Virus record (IMG/VR): IMGVR_UViG_3300020181_000001 | Span: 1 to 60,099 of that record | Strand: one strand, 5' to 3' | From: a virus | Taxonomy: Duplodnaviria; Caudoviricetes | DNA: 60,099 nt | Shown: piece after piece, positions 33,184 to 42,237 of the stretch | Layout of the letters: every line of letters begins with the position of its first letter | Position numbering within the stretch: position 1 is the first letter of the stretch | Notes under the pieces: generated by a model | Told to the model about the DNA's origin: nothing | Databases searched by the model: none | What the model saw: only the letters and a program-made list of their open reading frames with translations | Position numbers and translations under genes: made by a program

Positions 33184-35717
33184 ACCCACACGTAGAGCTT
33201 GCCGTGCGGAACGTCGGATGTGTCGCCTGCAAGCTTCACCGACAGGCTGACGATGACGACCGTTGCGTGACGGCCGTAGGCAACCACAAGGCAGACATCC
33301 TCATTGTTTCCAAGAACCCGTTGGGGGACAAGGGACTCAAGGAGATTTCCACCTACCTTGAGCGTGCCGGATTCGACGTGTCTCGTCTCGCGTTCACGGC
33401 TGCTCTCAAGTGTCGCGTGTGGGACATGGAAGGTAAGAAGACCGAGCAGAAGGCGTGTAAGACTTACCTGACAAAGGAAATTGAGTTCATCCGTCCTAAG
33501 TGGATTCTAACACTGGGCAATGAGGCGATGTTTGCTGCCACAGGTAAGTCAGGGATCATGAAGCATCGCGGAGCGTCCATTAAGGTCGGTGACGCTACCG
33601 TTATCCCGACGATCGCCCCAAGCATGATCTACCGTAACCCCGGTATGAAGGAAGGCTTTGAGGCTGATCTAAGGTACTTCCACCGTGTAGCCATGGGCTT
33701 GCCGGATGACCCGATGAACACACCACCGAAGTCAGTCTTTGTGACCACACAGGACAGACTCAAGGCGATGCTACGTCACATGCAAAAGGCTGTGCATTGT
33801 AGCTATGACTTGGAAACGTCCGGCTTTGACGAGTTCAGGCCGAACTCTCTCGGCGATGATCCCATGATCATTACGGCTGCCTTCACTCTATGGTCCAAAG
33901 AGGACATGAGTGACGCGGTTTGTTACGGAGTTCCACTGGCTCATCCCAATAGTCCCTTTAGGACAGTCTGGCACACGGTCTTCGGCTGGATTGCCAAGGT
34001 CCTTGTCAAAGTCAAGAAAACCATTGCCCATAATGGAAAGTTCGATAACAGGTGGTTACGTCAGTTCGGATACCGTGTCCGGCTCTCCTTTGACACCATG
34101 CTTGCCGCTCACCTGTTGAATGAGAACAGGCCCAAAGGCCTGAAACCGTTGGCACAACAGGAGTTAGGCGTTGAGCCGTGGGCTATGGATGTCCAGGGTG
34201 ATGGCTGGTACTACACGGCCAAGCTTCGGGACACCCTGTGGTACAACATGCTGGACACTTGGCACGCGGGCCGGTTGTACGCCTACAGGTTACGCCAGGG
34301 CTTGTTGGACAAGCCGAGACTAGCCAGGCTCTACCTCAACGTCACCATGCCCCTGAGCGAATCCCTGACAGACGCGGAACGTGCGGGCGCATGGGTGGAC
34401 AGACCTCTGTTGTATCAACGTTGGGACGAAGCCAAAGCCAAGCTCGAAACCCTTGACCTTGAACTGATGCAGTATGTGCCGGAACAGAAGTATTGGCCTA
34501 AGGGCATCAAGGAAGTCAACTTTGGACGCTCTAACTTTCTTCTATGGCTGCTGTTTGATGAGCTTGAACTACCGGTCATCGCGCGCGGAGAAGCCAAAGA
34601 GGACGGTTCTCCTGGTGACCCTTCAGTAAGTTCTGACTGTCTTGCTCAGATGTGGACAGAAAGCGAACATCCGATCATCCCTCTGCTTCAAGAGCGCTCT
34701 AAGTGGCAGAAGTACGAGAGTGCGTTTCTCGCGTCCTATGTGGAATTGATCGATGAGAATGACCGGCTCCACACGACATACAAGATCGCGGGTACCTCAA
34801 CCGGTCGGACAGCATCGGGTAAGGCTGATGCGGAGAAAGTCACTGGTGTCAAACAGATTCGTGGTGTGAACCTTCAACAGGTTCCACGTGACTCGTTCAT
34901 CAAAGGGATCTTCGGTGCACCGGATGAGTGGTTCTGGGTTGAGGCTGACTACTCCCAGATTGAGCTGAGGATTGCTGCGTTCCTCGCGCAAGAGTCCACA
35001 ATGCTCAGTTACTACAACAACGGTGTAGACGTCCACACACAAATGGCCATGCGCATCACAGGCTTGAAGCGTAAGGACATCACAGCACACCACCGGACAA
35101 TGGCCAAGTCAGTCAACTTCGGCTTCTTGTTCGGCATGGGTTGGCTGAAGTACATTGAAACCGCGCGCAAGAACTACGGAGTAATTGTCAATGAATCTGA
35201 AGCTAGGGCCTTTAGGACAGCTTTCTTTGCGGAGTTCCCACTACTCCTTAAGTGGCACAACAAACAGCGAAAGTTGGCGCGTGAGTTTAAACGTGTGGAG
35301 TCGCCCCTCGGAAGGATTCGGCATCTCCCAGACGTTGACTCGCCCAAAGACGATGTACGTGCTGAGGCTGAGCGTCAAGCCATCAACAGTCCCGTTCAAG
35401 CAATGGCTTCAGACATGGCACTGTGGGCGCTCACGCTCATCGACCAAGAGTTCAAGCGCCTCAAGTTGAAGAGCCACATCATTGGTGGTGTGCACGACTC
35501 CATCAACCTCGAACTGTGGCGTCCGGAAATGGGTATCGCTCTTCCCATTATCAAAGACACAATGGAGAACCTGCCTCTAGCGGAGAAGTTTGGTGTGAAC
35601 CTGAACGTACCGATCATCGCGGATGTGAAGGCCGGAAAGCGTTGGGGCGAAGCTAAAGAGCTTGACGTCTCACAGATTTATGAGTGGAAGGATGGTTACG
35701 CAGATGCGCTTGTCTGA
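33174..35717 (+). CDS. polA: Family A DNA polymerase with N-terminal family-4 uracil-DNA glycosylase-like domain (SPO1-type)
   Basis: CxxCxL...KCR...C Fe-S UDG fold; exonuclease DLET, HNGKFD, YNMLD; polymerase ADYSQIELR, RTMAKSVNFG, VHDS. Confidence 0.95.
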   Translation: MRMNPHVELAVRNVGCVACKLHRQADDDDRCVTAVGNHKADILIVSKNPLGDKGLKEISTYLERAGFDVSRLAFTAALKCRVWDMEGKKTEQKACKTYLTKEIEFIRPKWILTLGNEAMFAATGKSGIMKHRGASIKVGDATVIPTIAPSMIYRNPGMKEGFEADLRYFHRVAMGLPDDPMNTPPKSVFVTTQDRLKAMLRHMQKAVHCSYDLETSGFDEFRPNSLGDDPMIITAAFTLWSKEDMSDAVCYGVPLAHPNSPFRTVWHTVFGWIAKVLVKVKKTIAHNGKFDNRWLRQFGYRVRLSFDTMLAAHLLNENRPKGLKPLAQQELGVEPWAMDVQGDGWYYTAKLRDTLWYNMLDTWHAGRLYAYRLRQGLLDKPRLARLYLNVTMPLSESLTDAERAGAWVDRPLLYQRWDEAKAKLETLDLELMQYVPEQKYWPKGIKEVNFGRSNFLLWLLFDELELPVIARGEAKEDGSPGDPSVSSDCLAQMWTESEHPIIPLLQERSKWQKYESAFLASYVELIDENDRLHTTYKIAGTSTGRTASGKADAEKVTGVKQIRGVNLQQVPRDSFIKGIFGAPDEWFWVEADYSQIELRIAAFLAQESTMLSYYNNGVDVHTQMAMRITGLKRKDITAHHRTMAKSVNFGFLFGMGWLKYIETARKNYGVIVNESEARAFRTAFFAEFPLLLKWHNKQRKLAREFKRVESPLGRIRHLPDVDSPKDDVRAEAERQAINSPVQAMASDMALWALTLIDQEFKRLKLKSHIIGGVHDSINLELWRPEMGIALPIIKDTMENLPLAEKFGVNLNVPIIADVKAGKRWGEAKELDVSQIYEWKDGYADALV

Positions 35718-36153
35718 TGTAGCTATTATGAACGCAAAACCTGAACATATGTACCGTTTATTGTCCCGTTCAATTCACGACCCTGTCTCTGGTTGTGTTC
35801 AATTTCAAGGGTACCGAGATAAAGACGGTTATGCAACGGTAACTGTAAATGGCCGTTCAATCAGAGCTATTAGAATGGTTCTTTGGTTTAAAACACAGAA
35901 ATTGGAGCAAGTTGCACGCCACACTTGTGACAATCCCTGCTGCGTAAATAGAGAGCATCTAGTATGGGGTGAGCCCAAAAATAATTCTGAAGACATGGTT
36001 TCTCGGGATCGACATAGTAACGGAAATAGAGAAAAGAAGGTATGTAAACGAGGGCATTCTTTAACTCTTCTCCGCACTGGGAAACGGACTTGTAGGACAT
36101 GTAACAAAGAACGAGAACGGACTAGGAGAAAAAATGCCCGCACTGTATCTTGA
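35704..36153 (+). CDS. HNH endonuclease with C-terminal Zn finger
   Basis: RHTCDNPCCVNREHL...N..DM; CKRGH...CRTC. Confidence 0.88.
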   Translation: MRLSDVAIMNAKPEHMYRLLSRSIHDPVSGCVQFQGYRDKDGYATVTVNGRSIRAIRMVLWFKTQKLEQVARHTCDNPCCVNREHLVWGEPKNNSEDMVSRDRHSNGNREKKVCKRGHSLTLLRTGKRTCRTCNKERERTRRKNARTVS

Positions 36154-37189
36154 TGGAGATGGAAAGAGCATCCACACTAATTCAATGTTAAAATGCTTCA
36201 GGCGTTGCCCACGACAAGCACTTTACACTTACCATGACAGACTAAAGCCATTAGAAACGTCAAAGCCTTTACGCCGGGGCGTTTGGATGCACGCGCTCTT
36301 GGAGGCACACTACAAGGGAGAAGACTGGCGCAAAGTACACGCACACTTCACACTCAAGTTCGGTGAGTTGTTCGATGAAGAGAAAGAGAAGCTGGGAGAC
36401 TTACCGAACGAATGTCTAGGCCTTATGGAATCCTATCTCTGGCACTACGCCAATGATGATTGGAAGGTCCATGAGGTTGAGTTCTCCATGGATTGGGAGA
36501 TGCCTGATGGGAAGATCCTCCGAGGAAAAGCAGACATGCTCATTGAAGACCGATTCGGTCTGTGGCTTGTCGACCACAAGACGCACAAAACGTTACCTGA
36601 CTTTACTAATCGGGTACAAGACCCACAATCGGCTATTTACATGTACTTGGCAGAAAAGAACAAAATTCCCGTACAGGGTTTTATCTGGAACTACATTCGT
36701 ACTAAAGGCCTCACTGAACCTCAAATGCTTAAAGATGGGTCCCGTCTTAGTAAATCTGCGATTGATACCGATTACCTCACATACGCACGTGCTATCAAAC
36801 GGTACCAAGGTGCTCATAACCTCACCCTCACGCCAGAGATCAAAGAGAAATTGAGGTACTTGAAGTCTCTGCGCTATGTGCCGGATGAGCCTCAGCTGTC
36901 CACGTTCTTCCGCAGGGAGACGATCGAGAAGAATCCTGACATGCTCAAGCGTGCCATTGCGGAAAACTGGCACACAATGAAGCGCATGGAGAAATACAAT
37001 TTCGAGCAGCGTGACGCGGTGGAGCGAGTCTATGACAACTCGTGCAACTGGATGTGTAGCCACAAGCGGTTGTGTGGGGTAGAATTAACAGGAGGGAACG
37101 CAGAGCAAGTCATCCGGCAAGGTTACCGTGTGGGTGACGTGCTGGACTACTACGAAGACAAAAAGGATCGATCGGAGACAGGCTTTTAA
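36134..37189 (+). CDS. PD-(D/E)XK Cas4/RecB-like exonuclease
   Basis: FRRCPR, G..MH..LE, GKADML...VDHKT, Q.AIY, CNWMCSH..LC. Confidence 0.88.
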   Translation: MPALYLDGDGKSIHTNSMLKCFRRCPRQALYTYHDRLKPLETSKPLRRGVWMHALLEAHYKGEDWRKVHAHFTLKFGELFDEEKEKLGDLPNECLGLMESYLWHYANDDWKVHEVEFSMDWEMPDGKILRGKADMLIEDRFGLWLVDHKTHKTLPDFTNRVQDPQSAIYMYLAEKNKIPVQGFIWNYIRTKGLTEPQMLKDGSRLSKSAIDTDYLTYARAIKRYQGAHNLTLTPEIKEKLRYLKSLRYVPDEPQLSTFFRRETIEKNPDMLKRAIAENWHTMKRMEKYNFEQRDAVERVYDNSCNWMCSHKRLCGVELTGGNAEQVIRQGYRVGDVLDYYEDKKDRSETGF

Positions 37190-37368
37190 TGTGTGACTGT
37201 GAAGGCTGTCTTAGTGGAGGTATGTGTTTAAAGATGATGTGCACGCGCTGTACCCAGGACAAGTTCTGTAACAATTGTTTTCAGTTCATGAAGTTGATGT
37301 TGAAGATGCAATTCAACTCACCTCAGAATATGCCGAAACCTCAGCCCGTAGTAAATGAGGGGTTCTAG
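37189..37368 (+). CDS. Cys-rich microprotein (59 aa)
   Basis: TAATG/TAGTG coupling at both ends; MCDCEGC...C...CTRC...CNNC. Confidence 0.6.
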   Translation: MCDCEGCLSGGMCLKMMCTRCTQDKFCNNCFQFMKLMLKMQFNSPQNMPKPQPVVNEGF

Positions 37369-38081
37369 TGCGCGTAATTCCCATTGCGGAAACCAAGCTA
37401 ATTGAGCTTACTGAGCTGGGGAATCCAAATATTGGTGATTGGATGGAACTTGATTTAGGAAAATCATCTGACGCTGAACTCTTGACTGAGTTCGCGGGAC
37501 GGTCATGCTATGAATCATGGAACAAACCGAATGCTGCCACACGGACAAATGCCGACTACAACAAGCACATCATTGAGGTTGGTCATTTTTCCGTACTTGA
37601 ACATGCATCCATCACTTTCTACATTCGCGATGTGTCCCGTAGCCTTACACACGAACTGGTTCGTCATCGTCACTTTGCATATTCTCAACGTTCGCAGAGA
37701 TATGCAGATGAATCAGCGAACATGATTGTACTACCTCCTGATGTCAAGAAAAGCAACCGGGCACAACACATCTTGAACGCATTGGATGCACGGGCTAAGG
37801 CTGCTTACCAGGAGCTAGCTGAGATCATGCGCCTTGAGCTAGGACTATCACGCAAGCGTGCTCGATCAGCCGCCCGTGCTGCTTTACTGGGTTCACAGAG
37901 CACGGCCATTGTCGTTACTGGTAATCACAGGGCATGGCGTGAGTTCATGAGCAAGCGGAATGACCCAGCAGCCGATGAGGAAATCCATGATCTAGCCGTC
38001 GCTATTCTACAGGTGTTGAAAGAACGCTACCCCTCACTTTATGCAGATATGGGTAATGGTGGAACACCTGAAGGACATTGA
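37368..38081 (+). CDS. thyX: Flavin-dependent thymidylate synthase
   Basis: EFAGRSCY, GH.SVLEH, HELVRHRHFAYSQRSQRY signature. Confidence 0.96.
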   Translation: MRVIPIAETKLIELTELGNPNIGDWMELDLGKSSDAELLTEFAGRSCYESWNKPNAATRTNADYNKHIIEVGHFSVLEHASITFYIRDVSRSLTHELVRHRHFAYSQRSQRYADESANMIVLPPDVKKSNRAQHILNALDARAKAAYQELAEIMRLELGLSRKRARSAARAALLGSQSTAIVVTGNHRAWREFMSKRNDPAADEEIHDLAVAILQVLKERYPSLYADMGNGGTPEGH

Positions 38082-38135
38082 CCATCGGATCACGATCTGG
38101 TAACATTGGAGGGCTAAGTGTGATCGGAGGTCCAT

Positions 38136-38975
38136 ATGGCGACAACAGCGACGAAGGACTATTCTAAAATCGCTGCTGGTAAAATCCGGCGACCGTCTGA
38201 GGTGAAGCGTCCATTACGGATCTTCATTTACAGCCGGAACAAGAAGGGCAAAAGTACCTTCTGTCTGAGTGCGGGAGTACCAAATATTGAGGATGTGCTA
38301 TTCCTTGACCCTGAGGGCGGCACAGATCAGTTTACCAAGCAAGACCCCAAAGTGTGGCCCATTGAAAAATGGGAAGACATTGATGACGCTTACAAGTACA
38401 TCAGGTCAGGGAAGCACAATTACAAATGGATTGCTATTGACGGGCTGACTAAAATTGGAACCATGGCCGTCCGTTGGGTAGTCAATCAAGAGGAAGAACG
38501 GGATCTCACTAGACGACCGAACAAAGTCTCTCTTCCCAATTACGGTGATGCCGCGAAGATGATGGAAGCTATGTTGTTCAACTTCCACAATCTTCCTTAC
38601 GGAATTATCCTCACCTCACAGGAAAGAATGGTCTCAGGTAATGAGGCGGGGGACGAGGACGAAGACGCTGAAGACTCAGCCGTCTATTACGTCCCCGATC
38701 TACAACGCGGTGTGCGAGCAGCAGTCAACTCAATGGTTGACGTCATCGGCCGTCTCTACGTCGTCAATGCTCAAGTCAAGGTGCGCAATGCCAAGACTCA
38801 AGAGATTGAGGAAGTAGAGCGTCCACAGAGACGCCTATGGATTGCTCCACACCCCGCGTACGACACAGGTTTCCGCAGTGAGATGGGTTCCAAGATGCCC
38901 AAGTATCTGAAGAATCCGACTGTTCCCAGGCTTCTTGAATTGATCGAAAATGGAAAGGTTGCTCGAAATGGCTGA
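38136..38975 (+). CDS. Sak4-like AAA ATPase (ssDNA annealing/recombination)
   Basis: YSRNKKGKST P-loop, LDPEGG, IAIDG, DVIGRL; upstream TTGACC-17-TAACAT; located between exonuclease and SSB. Confidence 0.8.
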   Translation: MATTATKDYSKIAAGKIRRPSEVKRPLRIFIYSRNKKGKSTFCLSAGVPNIEDVLFLDPEGGTDQFTKQDPKVWPIEKWEDIDDAYKYIRSGKHNYKWIAIDGLTKIGTMAVRWVVNQEEERDLTRRPNKVSLPNYGDAAKMMEAMLFNFHNLPYGIILTSQERMVSGNEAGDEDEDAEDSAVYYVPDLQRGVRAAVNSMVDVIGRLYVVNAQVKVRNAKTQEIEEVERPQRRLWIAPHPAYDTGFRSEMGSKMPKYLKNPTVPRLLELIENGKVARNG

Positions 38976-39573
38976 GCAGGTTACCGCACGTACTCTTGAC
39001 TTCACCAACGTCAAAGAGGGCTCTGACATCCGGCCAAAGCGCAAGCTTGCCGGAGAGTATCTCGCCACTGTTGCGAGCGTAACAGAGAACGAATCCAAGG
39101 CCGGTAATGCTCAATGGGTATTCGTGGTCAAGTTAGTGGATGACCCGTCTGCCACTTACCCGGTTTACTGCACGCTGAACGATGAAGCCCTTTGGAAGCT
39201 TCGTGCCTTCATCATGGCGTGTGGAGCCAACGTGCAAAAGAAGCGTATCAAGATCGACCCGAACAAGTTCGTCGGTCGTCAGCTAGGTGTCATCCTGGAA
39301 GATGACGAGTACGACGGTAAGGAGAAGTCTACTGTCCAAGGCTTCATTCCGAAGTCTGAGCTTGCCAGCAGTTCTCCTCAGGGTATGGACGACGATGAGG
39401 AAGAGGACGAAGACGCGGTAGAAGAGGCTCCTCCTGCCCGTAAGACTCCCGCCAAGAAGGCTGCTCCGGCAAAGAAGACTCCGGCCAAGCGGAAGCCTGT
39501 TGAGGTGGAAGAGGACGAAGAGGACGAGGTTGACGAGGAAGAGCTAGATGAGCTTGACCTTGATGAACTGTGA
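38968..39573 (+). CDS. ssDNA-binding protein (DUF669-like) with acidic tail
   Basis: GEY.ATV...ESKAGN...ALWKL..F; long D/E tail. Confidence 0.75.
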   Translation: MAEQVTARTLDFTNVKEGSDIRPKRKLAGEYLATVASVTENESKAGNAQWVFVVKLVDDPSATYPVYCTLNDEALWKLRAFIMACGANVQKKRIKIDPNKFVGRQLGVILEDDEYDGKEKSTVQGFIPKSELASSSPQGMDDDEEEDEDAVEEAPPARKTPAKKAAPAKKTPAKRKPVEVEEDEEDEVDEEELDELDLDEL

Positions 39574-39710
39574 GTGTAGACTGAGAAGCATGTCCTAGCG
39601 GCACACCGTTAGGCGCGAGAGGCCCTGTAAGCCTGCGTACTGACTCCCACTCGGGGTGGAGCCTGGTCCGTGACTTACGGGGCTTTCTCGTATCCACACA
39701 AAGGGGAGTT

Positions 39711-40118
39711 ATGGGAAAGCAACCTGAAGCGCAGTTATCTGAAAATATTACTAAAGCTCTCAAAAAAGAAGCCAAGAAGCGTGGGCATGAGCTGTTCATC
39801 TTCAAGGTGCATGGGCATGACCAACAGATGTCCGGCGTACCTGATTTGCTCGCGTGCTACCGGGGCCGGTTCATCGGGCTTGAGGTGAAGATGCCTGGTA
39901 ATCATCCTAGCCCACGACAGATTTATGTCATGGATCGTATAGCCTGGGCTGGTGGTATCGTACTAGTGCCGTACAGCGTCTCAGAGGCTCTAGACTGCCT
40001 GGACCTGGTGGACGGACTCATTGACGGTCCCAAGGTCTTACAGAGCAAATCAGGACCCTGCAAGACAGGTGCTCAACACGGCTACATCGGTCGTCTTCCT
40101 GATTGCCAGCACGACTAA
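39711..40118 (+). CDS. VRR-NUC domain nuclease/resolvase
   Basis: GVPDLL...GRFIGLEVK.PG...S..Q. Confidence 0.88.
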   Translation: MGKQPEAQLSENITKALKKEAKKRGHELFIFKVHGHDQQMSGVPDLLACYRGRFIGLEVKMPGNHPSPRQIYVMDRIAWAGGIVLVPYSVSEALDCLDLVDGLIDGPKVLQSKSGPCKTGAQHGYIGRLPDCQHD

Positions 40119-40131
40119 CCAGCACAACGCA

Positions 40132-40171
40132 AATCCCCCGACACAGAGTCTTAGCCATGTGCCGGGGGATT
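40132..40171. terminator. Bidirectional terminator between the convergent arms
   Basis: AATCCCCCG...CGGGGGATT inverted repeat. Confidence 0.75.
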
Positions 40172-40186
40172 CGTCTATTCAGTTAG

Positions 40187-40618
40187 TCAGTGAAGGGCAC
40201 TGATGACTTCAACTGCTCCCCACACGACAGAGCCAGCAGCTGTTCCCCCAATGGCGAGCAGAAGAATCGCGATGACACCACAACCCTTTTTCTTCTGCTG
40301 TGCTTTGCTGATCTTCTGAACGTTCTTATTGCCCTTGAGGAGTTTTTCGGCCTCAGCCTTCTTGCCCTTTTTGTGAAGCTTTTTGCCTTTCTCAATCACA
40401 CGCATGGCATCATCCATGTCGATGCGGTCCTTCAATGCCTCTTCAGCTTCCTTCTGGAACTTAGCGACTTCAGATGCGCGAAGCCCAAGAACTTCAAACG
40501 TTTCAAACATCAAACTATCGTCAACCTGCTGGTCGTTCAGATCACGCTCGCGCGCTTCCTCCTCAGCAGCTTCACGCGCCATGCGCTTTTTCCACTCTTC
40601 TTCATCGAACTTAGCCAT
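40187..40618 (-). CDS. Charged protein with C-terminal membrane anchor
   Basis: GGGAGG RBS; KKKGCGVIAILLLAIG. Confidence 0.7.
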   Translation of the reverse strand: MAKFDEEEWKKRMAREAAEEEARERDLNDQQVDDSLMFETFEVLGLRASEVAKFQKEAEEALKDRIDMDDAMRVIEKGKKLHKKGKKAEAEKLLKGNKNVQKISKAQQKKKGCGVIAILLLAIGGTAAGSVVWGAVEVISALH

Positions 40619-40651
40619 TTCAACCTCCCGTGTTGTGGCCTTACGAGAACT

Positions 40652-40701
40652 ACGTTAGCACCCGAACAACACCATGTCCAGGTTAGTCACCCGATCGGAC
40701 G
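40652..40701 (-). promoter_or_regulatory. Promoter with a GTnAC half-site
   Basis: GTGAC, 5 bp, TGGACA-17-TAACGT. Confidence 0.65.
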
Positions 40702-40781
40702 CACGAAAAAGGCCCCTACCCTCTGCCAAAGGATAGGGACCTTCTCGCTAACCACTCGATAGAGTCTGGGAGGGTTAGAAG

Positions 40782-41573
40782 TTAGTTAGCCGCGCGGTAA
40801 GCGTCCTGGATCTCAGCCGGGATGCGGCCACGGTCGCCAAGCGCATAGCCATTGCTCTGTGCCCAAGTGCGCACAGCCTTCATGTCCAGATCGCCTGAGG
40901 ACTTCGCAGCAGGCTTCTTGGCAGTCTTGAGAGCGGTAGCAGCAGCCGCGCGAGTCTGAGCCTTAGTGGCACGCGGAGCCTTAGAAACTACCTGAGTAAC
41001 ACCCGGCGACTTGATGACGGTAGCCGACGCGGTTTCTGTGACACCTGAACCAACGAGGTAAGCGAACAGGTTCCCCGTGTGGTCCTGCTCAGCCGCCTTG
41101 AGGGTGGCGTCCACACGCTCAGCGTCCTCACGAGAGAGATTTACGCCGTACTTGCCAGCGGCGAATCCACGTAGGTACTCAGCCATGTCAGTCTCCTCTT
41201 CCTGCGCGACATCACGCGCGGTCTTCCTGGTAGCGGTTTTGGGTGTGGTTTTCTTGGTAACAACGGGTGTCGGAGCGGGAGCCTCTTCAGTCTCCTCTTC
41301 CTCGAAATCAAGCTCAATCTCGTCGCCATGCTCGGAGAATTCGATCTGGGGAGCAGGCTTCGCCTTCTTGGTAACGGCCTTCTTAGCCGGGACTTTCTTG
41401 ACCTCAGCCTCAGGCTCAGGCTCTGTTTCTAGATCAACGTCATCCAGCTCTTCAAGGCCGTCAAGCTCAAGGTCATCCAGATCTAGCTCTTCTACCTCAG
41501 CAGCGGGCTTGGCAGCAGCCTTACCCTTGCGCATTGGAGTTACGTTTCCCACGTGTGCTCTCCTCAGAGTCAA
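40782..41573 (-). CDS. Lsr2-like DNA-binding domain fused to a long acidic/low-complexity N-terminus
   Basis: C-terminal AVRTWAQSNGY.LGDRGRIPAEIQDAY (RGR AT-hook); start may be the internal MRKGK. Confidence 0.88.
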   Translation of the reverse strand: MTLRRAHVGNVTPMRKGKAAAKPAAEVEELDLDDLELDGLEELDDVDLETEPEPEAEVKKVPAKKAVTKKAKPAPQIEFSEHGDEIELDFEEEETEEAPAPTPVVTKKTTPKTATRKTARDVAQEEETDMAEYLRGFAAGKYGVNLSREDAERVDATLKAAEQDHTGNLFAYLVGSGVTETASATVIKSPGVTQVVSKAPRATKAQTRAAAATALKTAKKPAAKSSGDLDMKAVRTWAQSNGYALGDRGRIPAEIQDAYRAAN

Positions 41574-41596
41574 TCGCGTGTGCGAATCTTTGATTG

Positions 41597-41625
41597 ATGT
41601 TAGAGATGAAAATCAGCCGTGTCAA
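41597..41625 (-). promoter_or_regulatory. Consensus promoter for the Lsr2-like gene
   Basis: TTGACA-17-TAACAT. Confidence 0.75.
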
Positions 41626-41661
41626 GCTCATAGCGTTTGCTAGTGCAAAGACTCTGAACAA

Positions 41662-41703
41662 CAAAAAACCGGCCCCCGCGCAGACGAATCCACACGAGGG
41701 CCG
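41662..41703 (-). terminator. Terminator ending the structural/holin operon
   Basis: CGGCCC/GGGCCG stem followed by a T-run on the minus strand. Confidence 0.6.
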
Positions 41704-41720
41704 ATCTTTCGCTAAATCAC

Positions 41721-41930
41721 TTACGCCGCAAGGGAAGCGTTGTTCGGGTCGCCCTTCTGACGAGCCACAACAGCCTTGAGGAAGGATGCGACAGCAGCCA
41801 CCGCCACAACACCTGCACCTTGCTGCCAGTTGATGTCAAGCCAGTTCACACCATCTGCGAACATGGTTGCGAGAGCAACCTCAGCAGCAGTAGCGGCTAC
41901 GCGCTCCGCAGTGTCCTTAAACCAGTTCAT
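41721..41930 (-). CDS. Holin (r1t-like)
   Basis: W.KDTAER..AT.A...INW...S.LKAV...GD..ASL. Confidence 0.85.
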   Translation of the reverse strand: MNWFKDTAERVAATAAEVALATMFADGVNWLDINWQQGAGVVAVAAVASFLKAVVARQKGDPNNASLAA

Positions 41931-42237
41931 TTCGTTTCCTCTCTTTTAATCTCATACGTTCTAACCGGACATACACAACAACTCGCCACACAACCACGGT
42001 GGTCACTATTCCGGTAAGCACAACGGTAACTATGCCAGGTTCTCGTGGCTCGATCGCAACAGCATTATACACGCCTCGCGCGTAGAGTAAAGCGATAGCA
42101 AACGAGTAGGCCATGAAGTGTCTACCTACAAAAGTCTTCCACCATGCCGCAGTGAAATGGTAGAGAGGTAGAAAGCCCCAAGCTGCTATGGCTCCGATAA
42201 AGACAAAGATCACTCCAAGCCAATACGTCAGGCTCAT
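41917..42237 (-). CDS. Three-TM membrane protein (putative holin)
   Basis: WW...GRH.M motif; lysis-cassette position. Confidence 0.7.
   Translation of the reverse strand: MSLTYWLGVIFVFIGAIAAWGFLPLYHFTAAWWKTFVGRHFMAYSFAIALLYARGVYNAVAIEPREPGIVTVVLTGIVTTVVVWRVVVYVRLERMRLKERKRNELV

Noticed and set aside
35704-36153. Group I intron or intein carrying the HNH
   Set aside because: The polymerase is complete before it and the exonuclease starts cleanly after it, so it is a free-standing HNH.
36134-37189. CRISPR-Cas system suggested by the Cas4-like gene
   Set aside because: No repeat-spacer array or other cas genes were seen; it sits in a normal exonuclease-Sak4-SSB recombination context.
31998-38081. 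Hydroxymethyluracil or uracil DNA as in SPO1 or PBS phages
   Set aside because: ThyX makes dTMP, and no ThyA-like hydroxymethylase was recognised.
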